Origin: an uncultured Oscillospiraceae bacterium
GTDB taxonomy: Bacteria; Bacillota; Clostridia; Oscillospirales; Oscillospiraceae
DNA length: 64,000 bases
Direction: 5' to 3'
Assembly: GCA_947632155.1 (NCBI GenBank)
Contig: CANROF010000002.1
Coordinates: forward strand, 9,892 to 73,891
Both the position numbers and the translations under genes were made by a program. Each line of letters opens with the position of its first letter. Position 1 is the first letter of the stretch. The notes beneath the pieces were generated by a model that had not been told where the DNA came from, made no database searches, and saw only the letters and a list, made by a program, of their open reading frames with translations. This document shows, piece by piece, positions 51,716-61,762 of the stretch.

Positions 51716-52072
51716 CCAAATTCAATATTTTTTGCGGGGCTCTGCCTCGCAAAAAATCCCTTTTATCATACTAATATCCAATTAAAATAAGACATTCGCG
51801 CCGGCCTTTTTCGCGCCATGCGGCGTCAGCCGCCTTGGGAATACATACAGTATTCCCTGCGGCGTCTTCCTTGCCTGACACGAAAAATTCTCGCCGCTCG
51901 GTGTCTCATTTTAAATGGATATTAGTATCAAATCCGGTGTGCCCGGCCCCTGCGGGGCCGGACGCGCCGGATTTGACAGCAGAAAGGCCCGGACCGAATT
52001 CCGCAGAATTCGATCCGGGCCTTCCGCACGCATCCCCTTGGCATTTGAAGCCCCGCAAAGCGGGGCTTCAAA
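51716..52072 (-). repeat. family-C modular intergenic repeat, copy 3, interrupted by a MITE (51768-51928)
   Basis: 51929-52072 carries modules H1, H2 and H4; 51716-51767 carries the linker, H3 and the terminal TATTGAATTTGGG. Confidence 0.78.
51768..51928 (-). mobile_element. 161-bp foldback MITE, subtype A (reverse orientation), inserted into a family-C repeat
   Basis: The core is present in reverse complement. The flanks on either side are the two halves of family-C copy 3. Confidence 0.85.
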
Positions 52073-52079
52073 GCCAGAA

Positions 52080-53726
<1,647 letters not shown>

Positions 53727-54011
53727 TTAGTCTACGACTGCGAGAATCTCGCTCTGGCGGACGATGGTGAGCTCCTCGCCCTCCACCTTGACTTCGGTGC
53801 CGGTGTACTTGCCGGTGATGACCCGGTCGCCCACCTCGACCTCCATCTCCACCTCGTTGCCGTCCACAAAGCCGCCGGGGCCAACGGCCACGACCTCGTA
53901 GATCTGGGGCTTCTCCTGGGCGGAGCTGGTGAGAATAAGGCCGAATTTGGTAGTCTCCTCAGCGGGGACGCGCTTCAGCACGACTCTGTCTGCCAACGGT
54001 TTAAGTGTCAT
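53727..54011 (-). CDS. groS: co-chaperonin GroES
   Basis: 94 aa beginning LKPLADRVVLK. A CIRCE operator lies upstream. Confidence 0.96.
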   Translation of the reverse strand: MTLKPLADRVVLKRVPAEETTKFGLILTSSAQEKPQIYEVVAVGPGGFVDGNEVEMEVEVGDRVITGKYTGTEVKVEGEELTIVRQSEILAVVD

Positions 54012-54061
54012 AACTGGTCTTGCCTCCTATATGGATTTATGTTTTGACTGTTTTCTGCGGT

Positions 54062-54088
54062 TTGGCACTCTTTTTATCCGAGTGCTAA
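54062..54088. promoter_or_regulatory. CIRCE operator (HrcA binding site) of groES-groEL
   Basis: TTGGCACTC-N9-GAGTGCTAA against the consensus TTAGCACTC-N9-GAGTGCTAA (1 mismatch). Confidence 0.9.
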
Positions 54089-54097
54089 CTTACCTAT

Positions 54098-54126
54098 ATA
54101 TTACCCCAAACGGGGATTTTAGGCAA
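54098..54126 (-). promoter_or_regulatory. groES-groEL promoter
   Basis: TTGCCT, 17 nt, then TAATAT on the minus strand, immediately upstream of CIRCE. Confidence 0.65.
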
Positions 54127-54155
54127 TAGTTATTTTGCACATATTATAGGTGCTT

Positions 54156-55100
54156 TTATGCCTTAGCGGCGGTCAAACCGACGATTTCATCGACCTTGCG
54201 GCAGCCGCGGGGGTATATGAAGTTGACCCCGCCGGGAATGAGCCGGATATTGGCGCATTTTGTGAACATGGCCTCGCCGTCGATGCTGACGGAAAACTCC
54301 TCCGTGTCCTCGATCTTTATCTTCCGCCCCGCCACATATTTTATGAGCTCCGGGTATCTGGCATACTGCCCGGAGGCGTAGTCCTTGATGAGCCGGGCCA
54401 GGGTGAAGCGGGAGACTTTATTGACGATGAGCATATCCAGCACCCCGTCGTCGGGCACGGCGATCTTGGTGGGGTTGAAGCCGCCGCCGTAGTACTGGCC
54501 GTTGCAGGCGGAGATGAGGGCGAACTTGCCGTCCAGCTCCTCCCCCTCCACGGTGATTCTGAAATGGCGGTTGATGCCCTTGACGACGTTGACGATGAGG
54601 GAGATGACGTAGCCCCCCGCCCCGCCGATGACGGGGAGCTTGGAATACTTATGTACGTCGATGCCCACCCGGGCGTCGATGCCCACGGAGGCGATGTTGA
54701 GACACTTCCGGCCGTTGACGTCCATGATGTCCATGGGCGCCGCGGCGCCGTCCACCAGGGCCTCCATGTCCGAAAAGAGCTTCGCGTCCGGGCCGAACAT
54801 CCGCACGAAGTCGTTGCCCGTGCCGCAGGGGTAGTGCGTGACGGCGCAGTTTGAAAAGCCCGCCGCGCCGTGGGCGCATTCGGAGAGCGTCCCGTCCCCG
54901 CCGCAGGCGTAGACCCGGAGCCCGCCGCCCTTCATGGCCTCCCTTTTGACCTTCTCGGCGGCGTCCATGACGCCCACCGTCTCGTACAGCTCATGCTCCT
55001 CCCCGCGCCCGGCCATGACCTCCTCGATCTTCGCCCTTACGGCCGATTTGTCGCTTTTCCTGCCCCCGGCGATGGGATTGACGATAAAAAGGTGTCTCAT
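54156..55100 (-). CDS. diacylglycerol/lipid kinase family protein (YegS/DagK-like)
   Basis: FIVNPIAGGRK N-terminus and ACGGDGTLSE motif. Confidence 0.88.
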   Translation of the reverse strand: MRHLFIVNPIAGGRKSDKSAVRAKIEEVMAGRGEEHELYETVGVMDAAEKVKREAMKGGGLRVYACGGDGTLSECAHGAAGFSNCAVTHYPCGTGNDFVRMFGPDAKLFSDMEALVDGAAAPMDIMDVNGRKCLNIASVGIDARVGIDVHKYSKLPVIGGAGGYVISLIVNVVKGINRHFRITVEGEELDGKFALISACNGQYYGGGFNPTKIAVPDDGVLDMLIVNKVSRFTLARLIKDYASGQYARYPELIKYVAGRKIKIEDTEEFSVSIDGEAMFTKCANIRLIPGGVNFIYPRGCRKVDEIVGLTAAKA

Positions 55101-55121
55101 ATCTCTCTGCCTCGTTCTTTT

Positions 55122-56228
55122 TTATTTGAACATGAAGTAGCCGCACTTTATCATGCCGTTGTAGAGCTTTCGCACCTTGGCGGCCCTCCTGCCGTAGAAC
55201 TTCTCCAGCTCCTCGTCGGAGGAGATGATGTTGACCTGCCACCCGGGGCATTTTTTCATGGCCGCGCCGAAGTCCCGCATGAGCTCCCGGGCCTGGCGGA
55301 CGTCCAAAAGCCGCTCTCCGTAGGGGGGATTGGTGACCAGGATGCCGCCCTGGGTGGGCCTTGAAAATTTCGCGGCGTCGGCAGTCTCAAAGCGGACGAT
55401 GTCCTCCACCCCGGCCCGGCGGGCGTTCTCCCGCGCCAGGGCGACGGCTTTCCCGTCAATGTCGGAGGCGAAAACGCTGTAATCCCGGTGAAACTCCCGG
55501 GCGCGCGCCTCCTCCCGGAGCCGGTCCCAGCTTATGTTGAAATTCGGCCACTTTTCCGCGGCGAAGCCCCGGTTTATCCCCGGCGCCCGGCCCCGGGCCG
55601 CCAGGGCCGCCTCGATGGCGACGGTCCCGCTGCCGCAGAAGGGGTCGCAAAAGTCGCCCCTCCCGCGGTAGCCGGCGATGTCCACCAGCGCCGCGGCCAG
55701 CGTCTCCCGCAGCGGCGCCTCCACCTGGGCCGGGCGGTAGCCGCGCTTATGCAGCCCCGGGCCGGAGGTGTCGATATAGAGCGCCGCCTCGTCGCGGGTG
55801 AGGGCAAACTGTATCTGGTAGAGCGCCCCCGTCTCCGGGAGCCTTTCGAGGCCGTAGGCCCTGCCCAGCCGGTCGGCCACGGCGCGGTTGACGCACCGCT
55901 GGAGGGCCGGCACGGAGGTGATGGCGGAGCCGTGGGAATAGCCCTTCACCGGAAAGGCCCCGGTCCTGGGGATATACTGTTCCCAGGGCATGGCCCGGAC
56001 GCCCTCAAAGAGGGCGTCGAAGTCCCCCGCCGGCGTGCGGCCCGCCACGATGAGCACCCGCTCGGCAAAGCGGCTTTTGATATTCACCCGGGCAAGGTCC
56101 GCCTCATCGCCGGAAAAGTAGACCCGCCCGTCCTCGGCCCGGACGTCCCGGACGCCCATATGCCGAAGCTCGTTGCCCAGGGGCCCCTCCAGCCCGAAAA
56201 GGCACGGGGCGCAAAACTCAAGATCCAT
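55122..56228 (-). CDS. THUMP-domain class I SAM-dependent RNA methyltransferase
   Basis: Start at ATG 56228. SAM motif DPFCGSGTVAIEAA and catalytic NPPYG. Confidence 0.85.
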   Translation of the reverse strand: MDLEFCAPCLFGLEGPLGNELRHMGVRDVRAEDGRVYFSGDEADLARVNIKSRFAERVLIVAGRTPAGDFDALFEGVRAMPWEQYIPRTGAFPVKGYSHGSAITSVPALQRCVNRAVADRLGRAYGLERLPETGALYQIQFALTRDEAALYIDTSGPGLHKRGYRPAQVEAPLRETLAAALVDIAGYRGRGDFCDPFCGSGTVAIEAALAARGRAPGINRGFAAEKWPNFNISWDRLREEARAREFHRDYSVFASDIDGKAVALARENARRAGVEDIVRFETADAAKFSRPTQGGILVTNPPYGERLLDVRQARELMRDFGAAMKKCPGWQVNIISSDEELEKFYGRRAAKVRKLYNGMIKCGYFMFK

Positions 56229-56308
56229 AAAATGCCGTCCTTCGCATATTGTCATTGCAATCCCGGGAGATTTTTGGTATGATGGGAAAAAAGTCCGGGA
56301 GTGATCGT

Positions 56309-57436
56309 ATGTCCTTCGTCAACGCCGTTAAGGTCCCGTCCTACGACCAAGAGCTCGTCTACGCCGCCGTCTGCCGCCATTTTGAGGCGCTGGGGGTGGC
56401 GCGGGACCTGTCCCCCGACACCCGGGTGCTCCTGAAGCCCAATCTCCTCTACGGCAAAAAGCCGGAGGCGGGCGTCACCACCAACCCCGCCATCCTCAAG
56501 GCGGTGATCCGGTGGCTGACGGAGCGGGGCTTTTCCAATATCGTGGTGGCCGAGAGCTCCGGGGGGCTTTTTAACGCCGAGTACATGCGGGGCGTCTACT
56601 CCGCCTCGGGGCTGCGGGTGCCGGGAATCCAGGAGTACTTGAACCGCGACTTCACCTATAGGTCCGTCCCCACCCGGGAGGGCTTTACGGTGCGGAGCTT
56701 CAACCTCATTACCCCCGTCACCGGGGCCGGGTACATCATCAATCTCCCCAAGCTCAAGACCCACGCCATGACCACCGTCTCCGCCGGGGTCAAAAACCTC
56801 TTCGGAACCATCCCCGGCCTTCAAAAGCCGGACATGCACCGCCGGTATCCGAATACCCGGGACTTCGTCCGGATGCTCTGTGAGCTTTGTGAGACGGTGC
56901 GGCCCAACGTCACTCTGCTGGACGCCGTGGACTCCATGGAGGGCAACGGCCCCGGCGGCGGAACGGTGCGGCACACCGGCCTTACGCTGACAAGCCGGGA
57001 CGTCTACGCCCTGGACGTGGCGGCGGTGCGCTTCATGGGGCTGGAGCCCGGGGAGATGCCGCATCTCATGGCCGCCCGGGAGATGGGGCTCTGGCCGGAG
57101 CGCGTGGAGCTTTCCGGCGACGAGATCGCGCCCTGCTCCCCCGCCTTCCGGCTTCCGGACGCGGTGAAGAGCACGGGCTTTGACGACGCGGTGCCCCGGT
57201 TTTTGAGAAAGCCCGCGGAGCTGGTGATGGACAGGCTCCTGCGCTCCTATCCCCATGTGGACAGGTCCAAATGCGTGGGCTGCGGCAGGTGCGCGGAGAG
57301 CTGTCCCCAGAAGATCATCCGTGTGGAAAACAAGAAAGCCGGGATGCCCAGGCGCGGCTGCATCTCCTGCTTCTGCTGTCAGGAGATGTGCCCCGTCCAC
57401 GCCATATCCGTAAAGCGTGGCCTGCGGGGGCTGTAA
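56309..57436 (+). CDS. DUF362-like protein with C-terminal 4Fe-4S ferredoxin domain
   Basis: Start at ATG 56309. C-terminal motifs CVGCGRCAESCP and CISCFCCQEMCP. Confidence 0.78.
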   Translation: MSFVNAVKVPSYDQELVYAAVCRHFEALGVARDLSPDTRVLLKPNLLYGKKPEAGVTTNPAILKAVIRWLTERGFSNIVVAESSGGLFNAEYMRGVYSASGLRVPGIQEYLNRDFTYRSVPTREGFTVRSFNLITPVTGAGYIINLPKLKTHAMTTVSAGVKNLFGTIPGLQKPDMHRRYPNTRDFVRMLCELCETVRPNVTLLDAVDSMEGNGPGGGTVRHTGLTLTSRDVYALDVAAVRFMGLEPGEMPHLMAAREMGLWPERVELSGDEIAPCSPAFRLPDAVKSTGFDDAVPRFLRKPAELVMDRLLRSYPHVDRSKCVGCGRCAESCPQKIIRVENKKAGMPRRGCISCFCCQEMCPVHAISVKRGLRGL

Positions 57437-57439
57437 CTT

Positions 57440-57480
57440 AAGGTGACGGGAGCCGGCGCGGGTTCGGCTCCCGTCACCTT
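57440..57480. terminator. 16-bp perfect hairpin between convergent genes
   Basis: AAGGTGACGGGAGCCG, 9-nt loop, CGGCTCCCGTCACCTT. There is no clear U-run, so its function as a terminator is uncertain. Confidence 0.4.
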
Positions 57481-59068
57481 ACCCAAAATACATGAGCTGA
57501 CGGGAGCTCTCGTAGAGCTCTATCCCGCCGTCGAACTGGGCTATCAGGGTGAGGACGGCGCCCTTTTCCCGGGCCTCGGCCAGGGCGGCGTCACGGTTCC
57601 AGTCCGTCAGGAGTATGACGGCGCGGGAGTTGTCGTCCTCGGAATAGATGTCCTGGAGATTTATATAGCCCAATATTTTGAACGCCCCGCCAAACCAGGA
57701 GCCGGAGGTCACCGCCCCGTCGGTCTGGGCGGCTATCTCCTCCACCGTGCTCCACTCGCCGTAGATATAGTCGCAGCCGGCGTCCTCAACAAATTCGGCG
57801 ATTTGGGCCTTCTGCGTCTCCGGGCCGGAGACGGCGTCCCGGACGCCCGGGAGGACGCTGACGGCGAAATTCGCCAAAATAAACGCGGCGAATACCGCCC
57901 CCGCCGCGGCCCGGAGCTTCCCCCTGAGGGCCCGGCACAGCGGTATCACCGCCGCCGCCGCCATGGGGTACCAGATAAAGAGGTAGATGGACCTGAGGGA
58001 TATGTCCACCAGGGCGTTTACCCCCAGGACGATGGCGATGCTCAAAAGGCACAGCGCCAGAAGGACGGAGACTCCCTCCCGCCGGCGCCGCCGCCCGCCG
58101 CAGCGTATGAGGGCGAAGATCACTGCGGCCGCAAGCAGAGCGGCGAACAGCCCCACCGGGACGTTGTGCCCCGGCGTCCCGGGCAGGAGGTATTTAAGGC
58201 CCGTGATGCTCCGGAGGGCCCCGAAGCCCCTTTTTATATTGGCGATCCTCTGCTGCGGGCCGATGAAGGTAAGTCCGCCGTAGATGGTGACGTTCCTGAC
58301 GCCCAGGAGCTTCACGGCGATAAGGCCCGCGGCGTTGGCCGCGGCGATGACCGCCGCCCGGAGCGTCACGAGAAGCCTCCCCTTTTCGGGGAGCTTTTTT
58401 GTTTTTATGAGGGCAAAAAGCCACGTCAGGCCCTCGTAGGCCGCCATGGGGAGGATCATACAGGCCATGGCCCTGGCGCTCTGCATCCCGGTGGTGAAGC
58501 TCAAAAGGAGGGAAGCGAAAAACGGGACGTTGAAAAACCGCCCGTAAAGTCCCCCCAGCGCCCGGAGATAGTCGCCGTAGACCACGAAAAGCGCCACGGC
58601 GTAGCCCGCGTAGAAGCTGGCCAGGATGTAGAAGATCCTGCCCTCCAACTGCGTGGGGATATTGGGGGCGATGACCGCGGACACTAAGACGAGGGAGGCG
58701 GCGAGAATCTCCCCCCGGCCGGCGAAGGGCCTCAGCATCCACCAAAACGTCAGGAGCATCAGCGCCGTCATGGCCGTGGTCGCCAACGCCATGGAGAGAT
58801 TCATACTGCCGGTGAGCCCGTAAAAGAGGGCCGCCAGCACCGGCGTCGTCTCCACATAAAACTGATTCCCGAAGACCCAGTTTTTGGGGAAGAGCGTCTT
58901 TTGCTCCCACATGAGCCTGGCCACCACCGTGTCCTCGTACATATCCGGGGTGCAGAAGCGTTCAAAGCCCAGAAAGTTTATGACCGTGTAGCCCGCCAGA
59001 AACAGCGCCATGAGGCCGGCCGCCAGGACCGGTCCCACGCGCCATATTTTGCTGTCCCTGTCAAACAT
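57479..59068 (-). CDS. polytopic membrane protein, possibly GT-C-type glycosyltransferase-like
   Basis: 529 aa with about 11-13 hydrophobic segments, then a soluble C-terminal ~100 aa. The family call is tentative. Confidence 0.6.
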   Translation of the reverse strand: MFDRDSKIWRVGPVLAAGLMALFLAGYTVINFLGFERFCTPDMYEDTVVARLMWEQKTLFPKNWVFGNQFYVETTPVLAALFYGLTGSMNLSMALATTAMTALMLLTFWWMLRPFAGRGEILAASLVLVSAVIAPNIPTQLEGRIFYILASFYAGYAVALFVVYGDYLRALGGLYGRFFNVPFFASLLLSFTTGMQSARAMACMILPMAAYEGLTWLFALIKTKKLPEKGRLLVTLRAAVIAAANAAGLIAVKLLGVRNVTIYGGLTFIGPQQRIANIKRGFGALRSITGLKYLLPGTPGHNVPVGLFAALLAAAVIFALIRCGGRRRRREGVSVLLALCLLSIAIVLGVNALVDISLRSIYLFIWYPMAAAAVIPLCRALRGKLRAAAGAVFAAFILANFAVSVLPGVRDAVSGPETQKAQIAEFVEDAGCDYIYGEWSTVEEIAAQTDGAVTSGSWFGGAFKILGYINLQDIYSEDDNSRAVILLTDWNRDAALAEAREKGAVLTLIAQFDGGIELYESSRQLMYFG

Positions 59069-59090
59069 AGCGGCCCTCCCGGGCGGCGGC

Positions 59091-61655
59091 TCACCGCCAG
59101 CCCTTTTCGCTCATGTAATCGGTGATGATCTTGAGGTTTTGCGTCTCGGTGCCGTTGAAAAGGGATCTCACGAAGCCCGCGTCGTTGGAGACGGGCACAT
59201 ACCAGTCCTGGGACCTGAAGTAGTCCGAGAGGGCCTTGTCGCCGAAGATATAGCCGTGGCGGGCGTAGATCTCGTTGAGCATGAGCTCCAGCTCCCCGGC
59301 GTCGCGGCCTTCCAGGTCCGCTTCGGTGAGGAGGACCTGGTCGGTGTCAAAAATGTATCCGCTGCCGGTGCTCTCCGGGGGCGTCTCGGTTTCCGGGGGT
59401 GTCTCCGGCTCCGGAGGGTTCTGCGTCTCCGGGGGTGTCTCCGGCTCCGGAGGGTTCTGCGTCTCAGGCGGGGTTTCCGTCTCCGGAGGCGTCTGGGCGC
59501 CGGAGGACGTGCCGCCGCCGCGCCAGCCCATCTCCTGCTGGTAGAGCACTAAGGTGTTGATGTTCCTCCGCTCCACGTCGTTGAAGAGGTCGTAGATATG
59601 GGCGTTCACCGTGGGGTCCGGCTTGTACCAGCCCTGGGCGGTAAAGTAGGTCCACTCCTCCCCGCCCTCCTTAAAGGTGTAGCCGTGGCGGGCGTAGATC
59701 TCGTTGATCATCATATAGGAGGTGCCGGCGTCCACGCCCTCCAGGTCCTCCCGGGTCATGAGGACGGTGTCCGAGGGGAAGAGGAACGTGCCCTGGCTCT
59801 CCCCGCCGTTCCCGCCGGGCTCGTCGCCGCTCTGGGTGCCGCCGGCGCGCCAGCCCATCTCCTGCTGATAGGCCACCAGCGTCAGGACGTTCTTCTGCTC
59901 CAGGTCCGTAAACGCCGCGGCCACGGCGTTGATGTCCCGGGTCGTGGGCTCATACCACTTCTGGGAGTTGAAGTAGTCCTGGATGGGCCCGCCGGAGGTG
60001 GAGAAGATGTAGCCGTGGCGGGCGTAGATCTCGTTGATCATCATGTAGGAGGTGTCGGCGTCCACGCCCTCCAGGTCCTCCCGGGTCATGAGAACGGTGT
60101 CCGAGGGGAAGAGGACGTCGTTGTTGACGGCCTCCGGCCGTGTGGAGGCGCCGGGTTCGTCCGTGCCCGTACCGGGTTCGTCGGTGCCGGGAGTGTCCGT
60201 GCCCGTACCGGGGCCGTCCGTACCCGTTCCGGGGTCATCCGTGCCGGGAGCGTCCGTACCCGTTCCGGGGTCATCCGTGCCGGGAGCGTCCGTACCCGTG
60301 CCCGGGTCGTCCGTGCCGGGGCCGTCGGTGCCCGTACCGGGTTCGTCCGTGCCGGGGCCGCCCGTGCCGGGACCTTCGCTGCCGGTGCCGGGATCATCGG
60401 AGCCCGTGCCGGGGTCCTCGGTGCCGCCGGGGTTCGTGGTCTGGCTGGGGGCGGCGCCGCCGGGCTCGGTCGTGCTCGAGTTGGGGTCCTTGTCCCGGGG
60501 CAGCCACAAGAGCAGCACCGCCGCCAGGCACAAAAGCACCGCGATGATGGCGATGATGATGCCGGCCCGGGACTTTTTCTCCGTCTCCTTCCGGTGCTTG
60601 CCCGGACCCGGCGCCGCGCCGGAGCTGCCGGCCGGTTTGGCGGCGGGTTTGGCGGCGGGCTTGGCGGCGGGCCTGTCCCCGGCTTTGGCGGCGGGCTTTG
60701 CCGCGGGCCGGGAGCCGGACCTGGCGGGATTTGCGCCGCCGGTCATGGCGGCGCCGCCGTTTTGCTTCACGGCGTCGAAGGCCGCCGCGGCGGCCATGGC
60801 CCGGCGGGCTGTCCGGGCGCCCATGGGCAGCTTCTCCAGCTCCGCCTTCATCTGGGCGGCGCTCCTGTACCGCTCCTCGGGGTCGGCGGCCATGGCCTTT
60901 TTTATAACGGCGGCAAAGGCCGGGTCGATGCCCCGGATGAGGCCCGGGTCCCGGTTCTGGGGCATGGAGCAGCCCCCCGCCACATAGCACATCAGCGCCC
61001 CCAGGGAGTAAATATCCGTCTGGGCGGTGTATTTTTTGTCGTCCCCGGTGAGCTCCGGCGCCTCATAGTCGTCGTCCTCCGCGCCGAATATGTTGCTCCC
61101 GGCCCGCTCCAGGCAGCGCCGCAGGGCGTAATCCGACAGCACAAAGCCCCCTGCGTCCGTGACCATCACGTTGCCGGGCTTTATGTCGCCGTGGACCATG
61201 TCATATTGGCCCAGGACCTCCAGCGCCGCGGAGAGCTCCAGCCCCAGGCGCACGGCATCCTCTTGGGTGGAGCCGGCCTTGCCGAAATACGTGGCCATGG
61301 GGGTGTAGATGCCGGTGCGGATGTACCCCGTCCAGCCGGGCCCCTGGTTGTCCACCGTCACCAGGTCCTCAACGGGCGCCAGGGCCGGGGACCTGGCGGT
61401 CTTGTACATGGTCAGCTCCCAGGTGAGGTCGTTTTTGAACTTCCCGAAATAGGTGGTCAGCAGGTCCCGGCCGATGCCCAGCTTCACCGCGTTGTCTATG
61501 GCCTCCCGGGCGGGCGGGGTCTTGATGACCTTCAGCGCCGAAAAGGCGCCGCTCTCCGTATTGCGGATGAGGTACACGGTGCCGAAGGTCCCGGACCCCA
61601 GCACCCCCTCCGTCTCCCATCCGGGCAGGATCTTGTTCAGGTCAAAATCGCTCAT
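59091..61655 (-). CDS. Ser/Thr protein kinase with TM, Pro/Thr/Gly-rich linkers and three C-terminal YARHG modules
   Basis: Start at ATG 61655 (AAGGAGG upstream). Kinase motifs GSGTFGTVY, ALKVIK, HGDIKPGNVMV and YEAPE. INEIYARHGY-type motif occurs three times (twice as INEIYARHGY, once as LNEIYARHGY). Confidence 0.85.
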   Translation of the reverse strand: MSDFDLNKILPGWETEGVLGSGTFGTVYLIRNTESGAFSALKVIKTPPAREAIDNAVKLGIGRDLLTTYFGKFKNDLTWELTMYKTARSPALAPVEDLVTVDNQGPGWTGYIRTGIYTPMATYFGKAGSTQEDAVRLGLELSAALEVLGQYDMVHGDIKPGNVMVTDAGGFVLSDYALRRCLERAGSNIFGAEDDDYEAPELTGDDKKYTAQTDIYSLGALMCYVAGGCSMPQNRDPGLIRGIDPAFAAVIKKAMAADPEERYRSAAQMKAELEKLPMGARTARRAMAAAAAFDAVKQNGGAAMTGGANPARSGSRPAAKPAAKAGDRPAAKPAAKPAAKPAGSSGAAPGPGKHRKETEKKSRAGIIIAIIAVLLCLAAVLLLWLPRDKDPNSSTTEPGGAAPSQTTNPGGTEDPGTGSDDPGTGSEGPGTGGPGTDEPGTGTDGPGTDDPGTGTDAPGTDDPGTGTDAPGTDDPGTGTDGPGTGTDTPGTDEPGTGTDEPGASTRPEAVNNDVLFPSDTVLMTREDLEGVDADTSYMMINEIYARHGYIFSTSGGPIQDYFNSQKWYEPTTRDINAVAAAFTDLEQKNVLTLVAYQQEMGWRAGGTQSGDEPGGNGGESQGTFLFPSDTVLMTREDLEGVDAGTSYMMINEIYARHGYTFKEGGEEWTYFTAQGWYKPDPTVNAHIYDLFNDVERRNINTLVLYQQEMGWRGGGTSSGAQTPPETETPPETQNPPEPETPPETQNPPEPETPPETETPPESTGSGYIFDTDQVLLTEADLEGRDAGELELMLNEIYARHGYIFGDKALSDYFRSQDWYVPVSNDAGFVRSLFNGTETQNLKIITDYMSEKGWR
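59395..59466. repeat. 36-nt tandem duplication (x2, 1 mismatch) inside the kinase gene (PETQNPPEPETP)
   Basis: 59395-59430 and 59431-59466 differ only in the last base. Confidence 0.9.
60140..60420. repeat. in-frame tandem repeats encoding DDPGTGTDAPGT-type linker in the kinase gene
   Basis: Iterated CCGTACCCGTTCCGGGGTCATCCGTGCCGGGAGCGT-like units. Confidence 0.85.
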
Positions 61656-61762
61656 AATCTTATGTAAACCTCCTTGCTCTGTGTGTGAGGATAATGTCCG
61701 TATTCCCTTGCATTTTTTTCGCCGCGCCCCCCGTCGGAAAGGCCGGCGGTCTTTCCGACGCT

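Noticed and set aside
59598-61667. 689-aa plus-strand ORF (also 62027-63625, 532 aa)
   Set aside because: These lie antisense to the kinase gene and polC respectively. Both are GC-frame artefacts.
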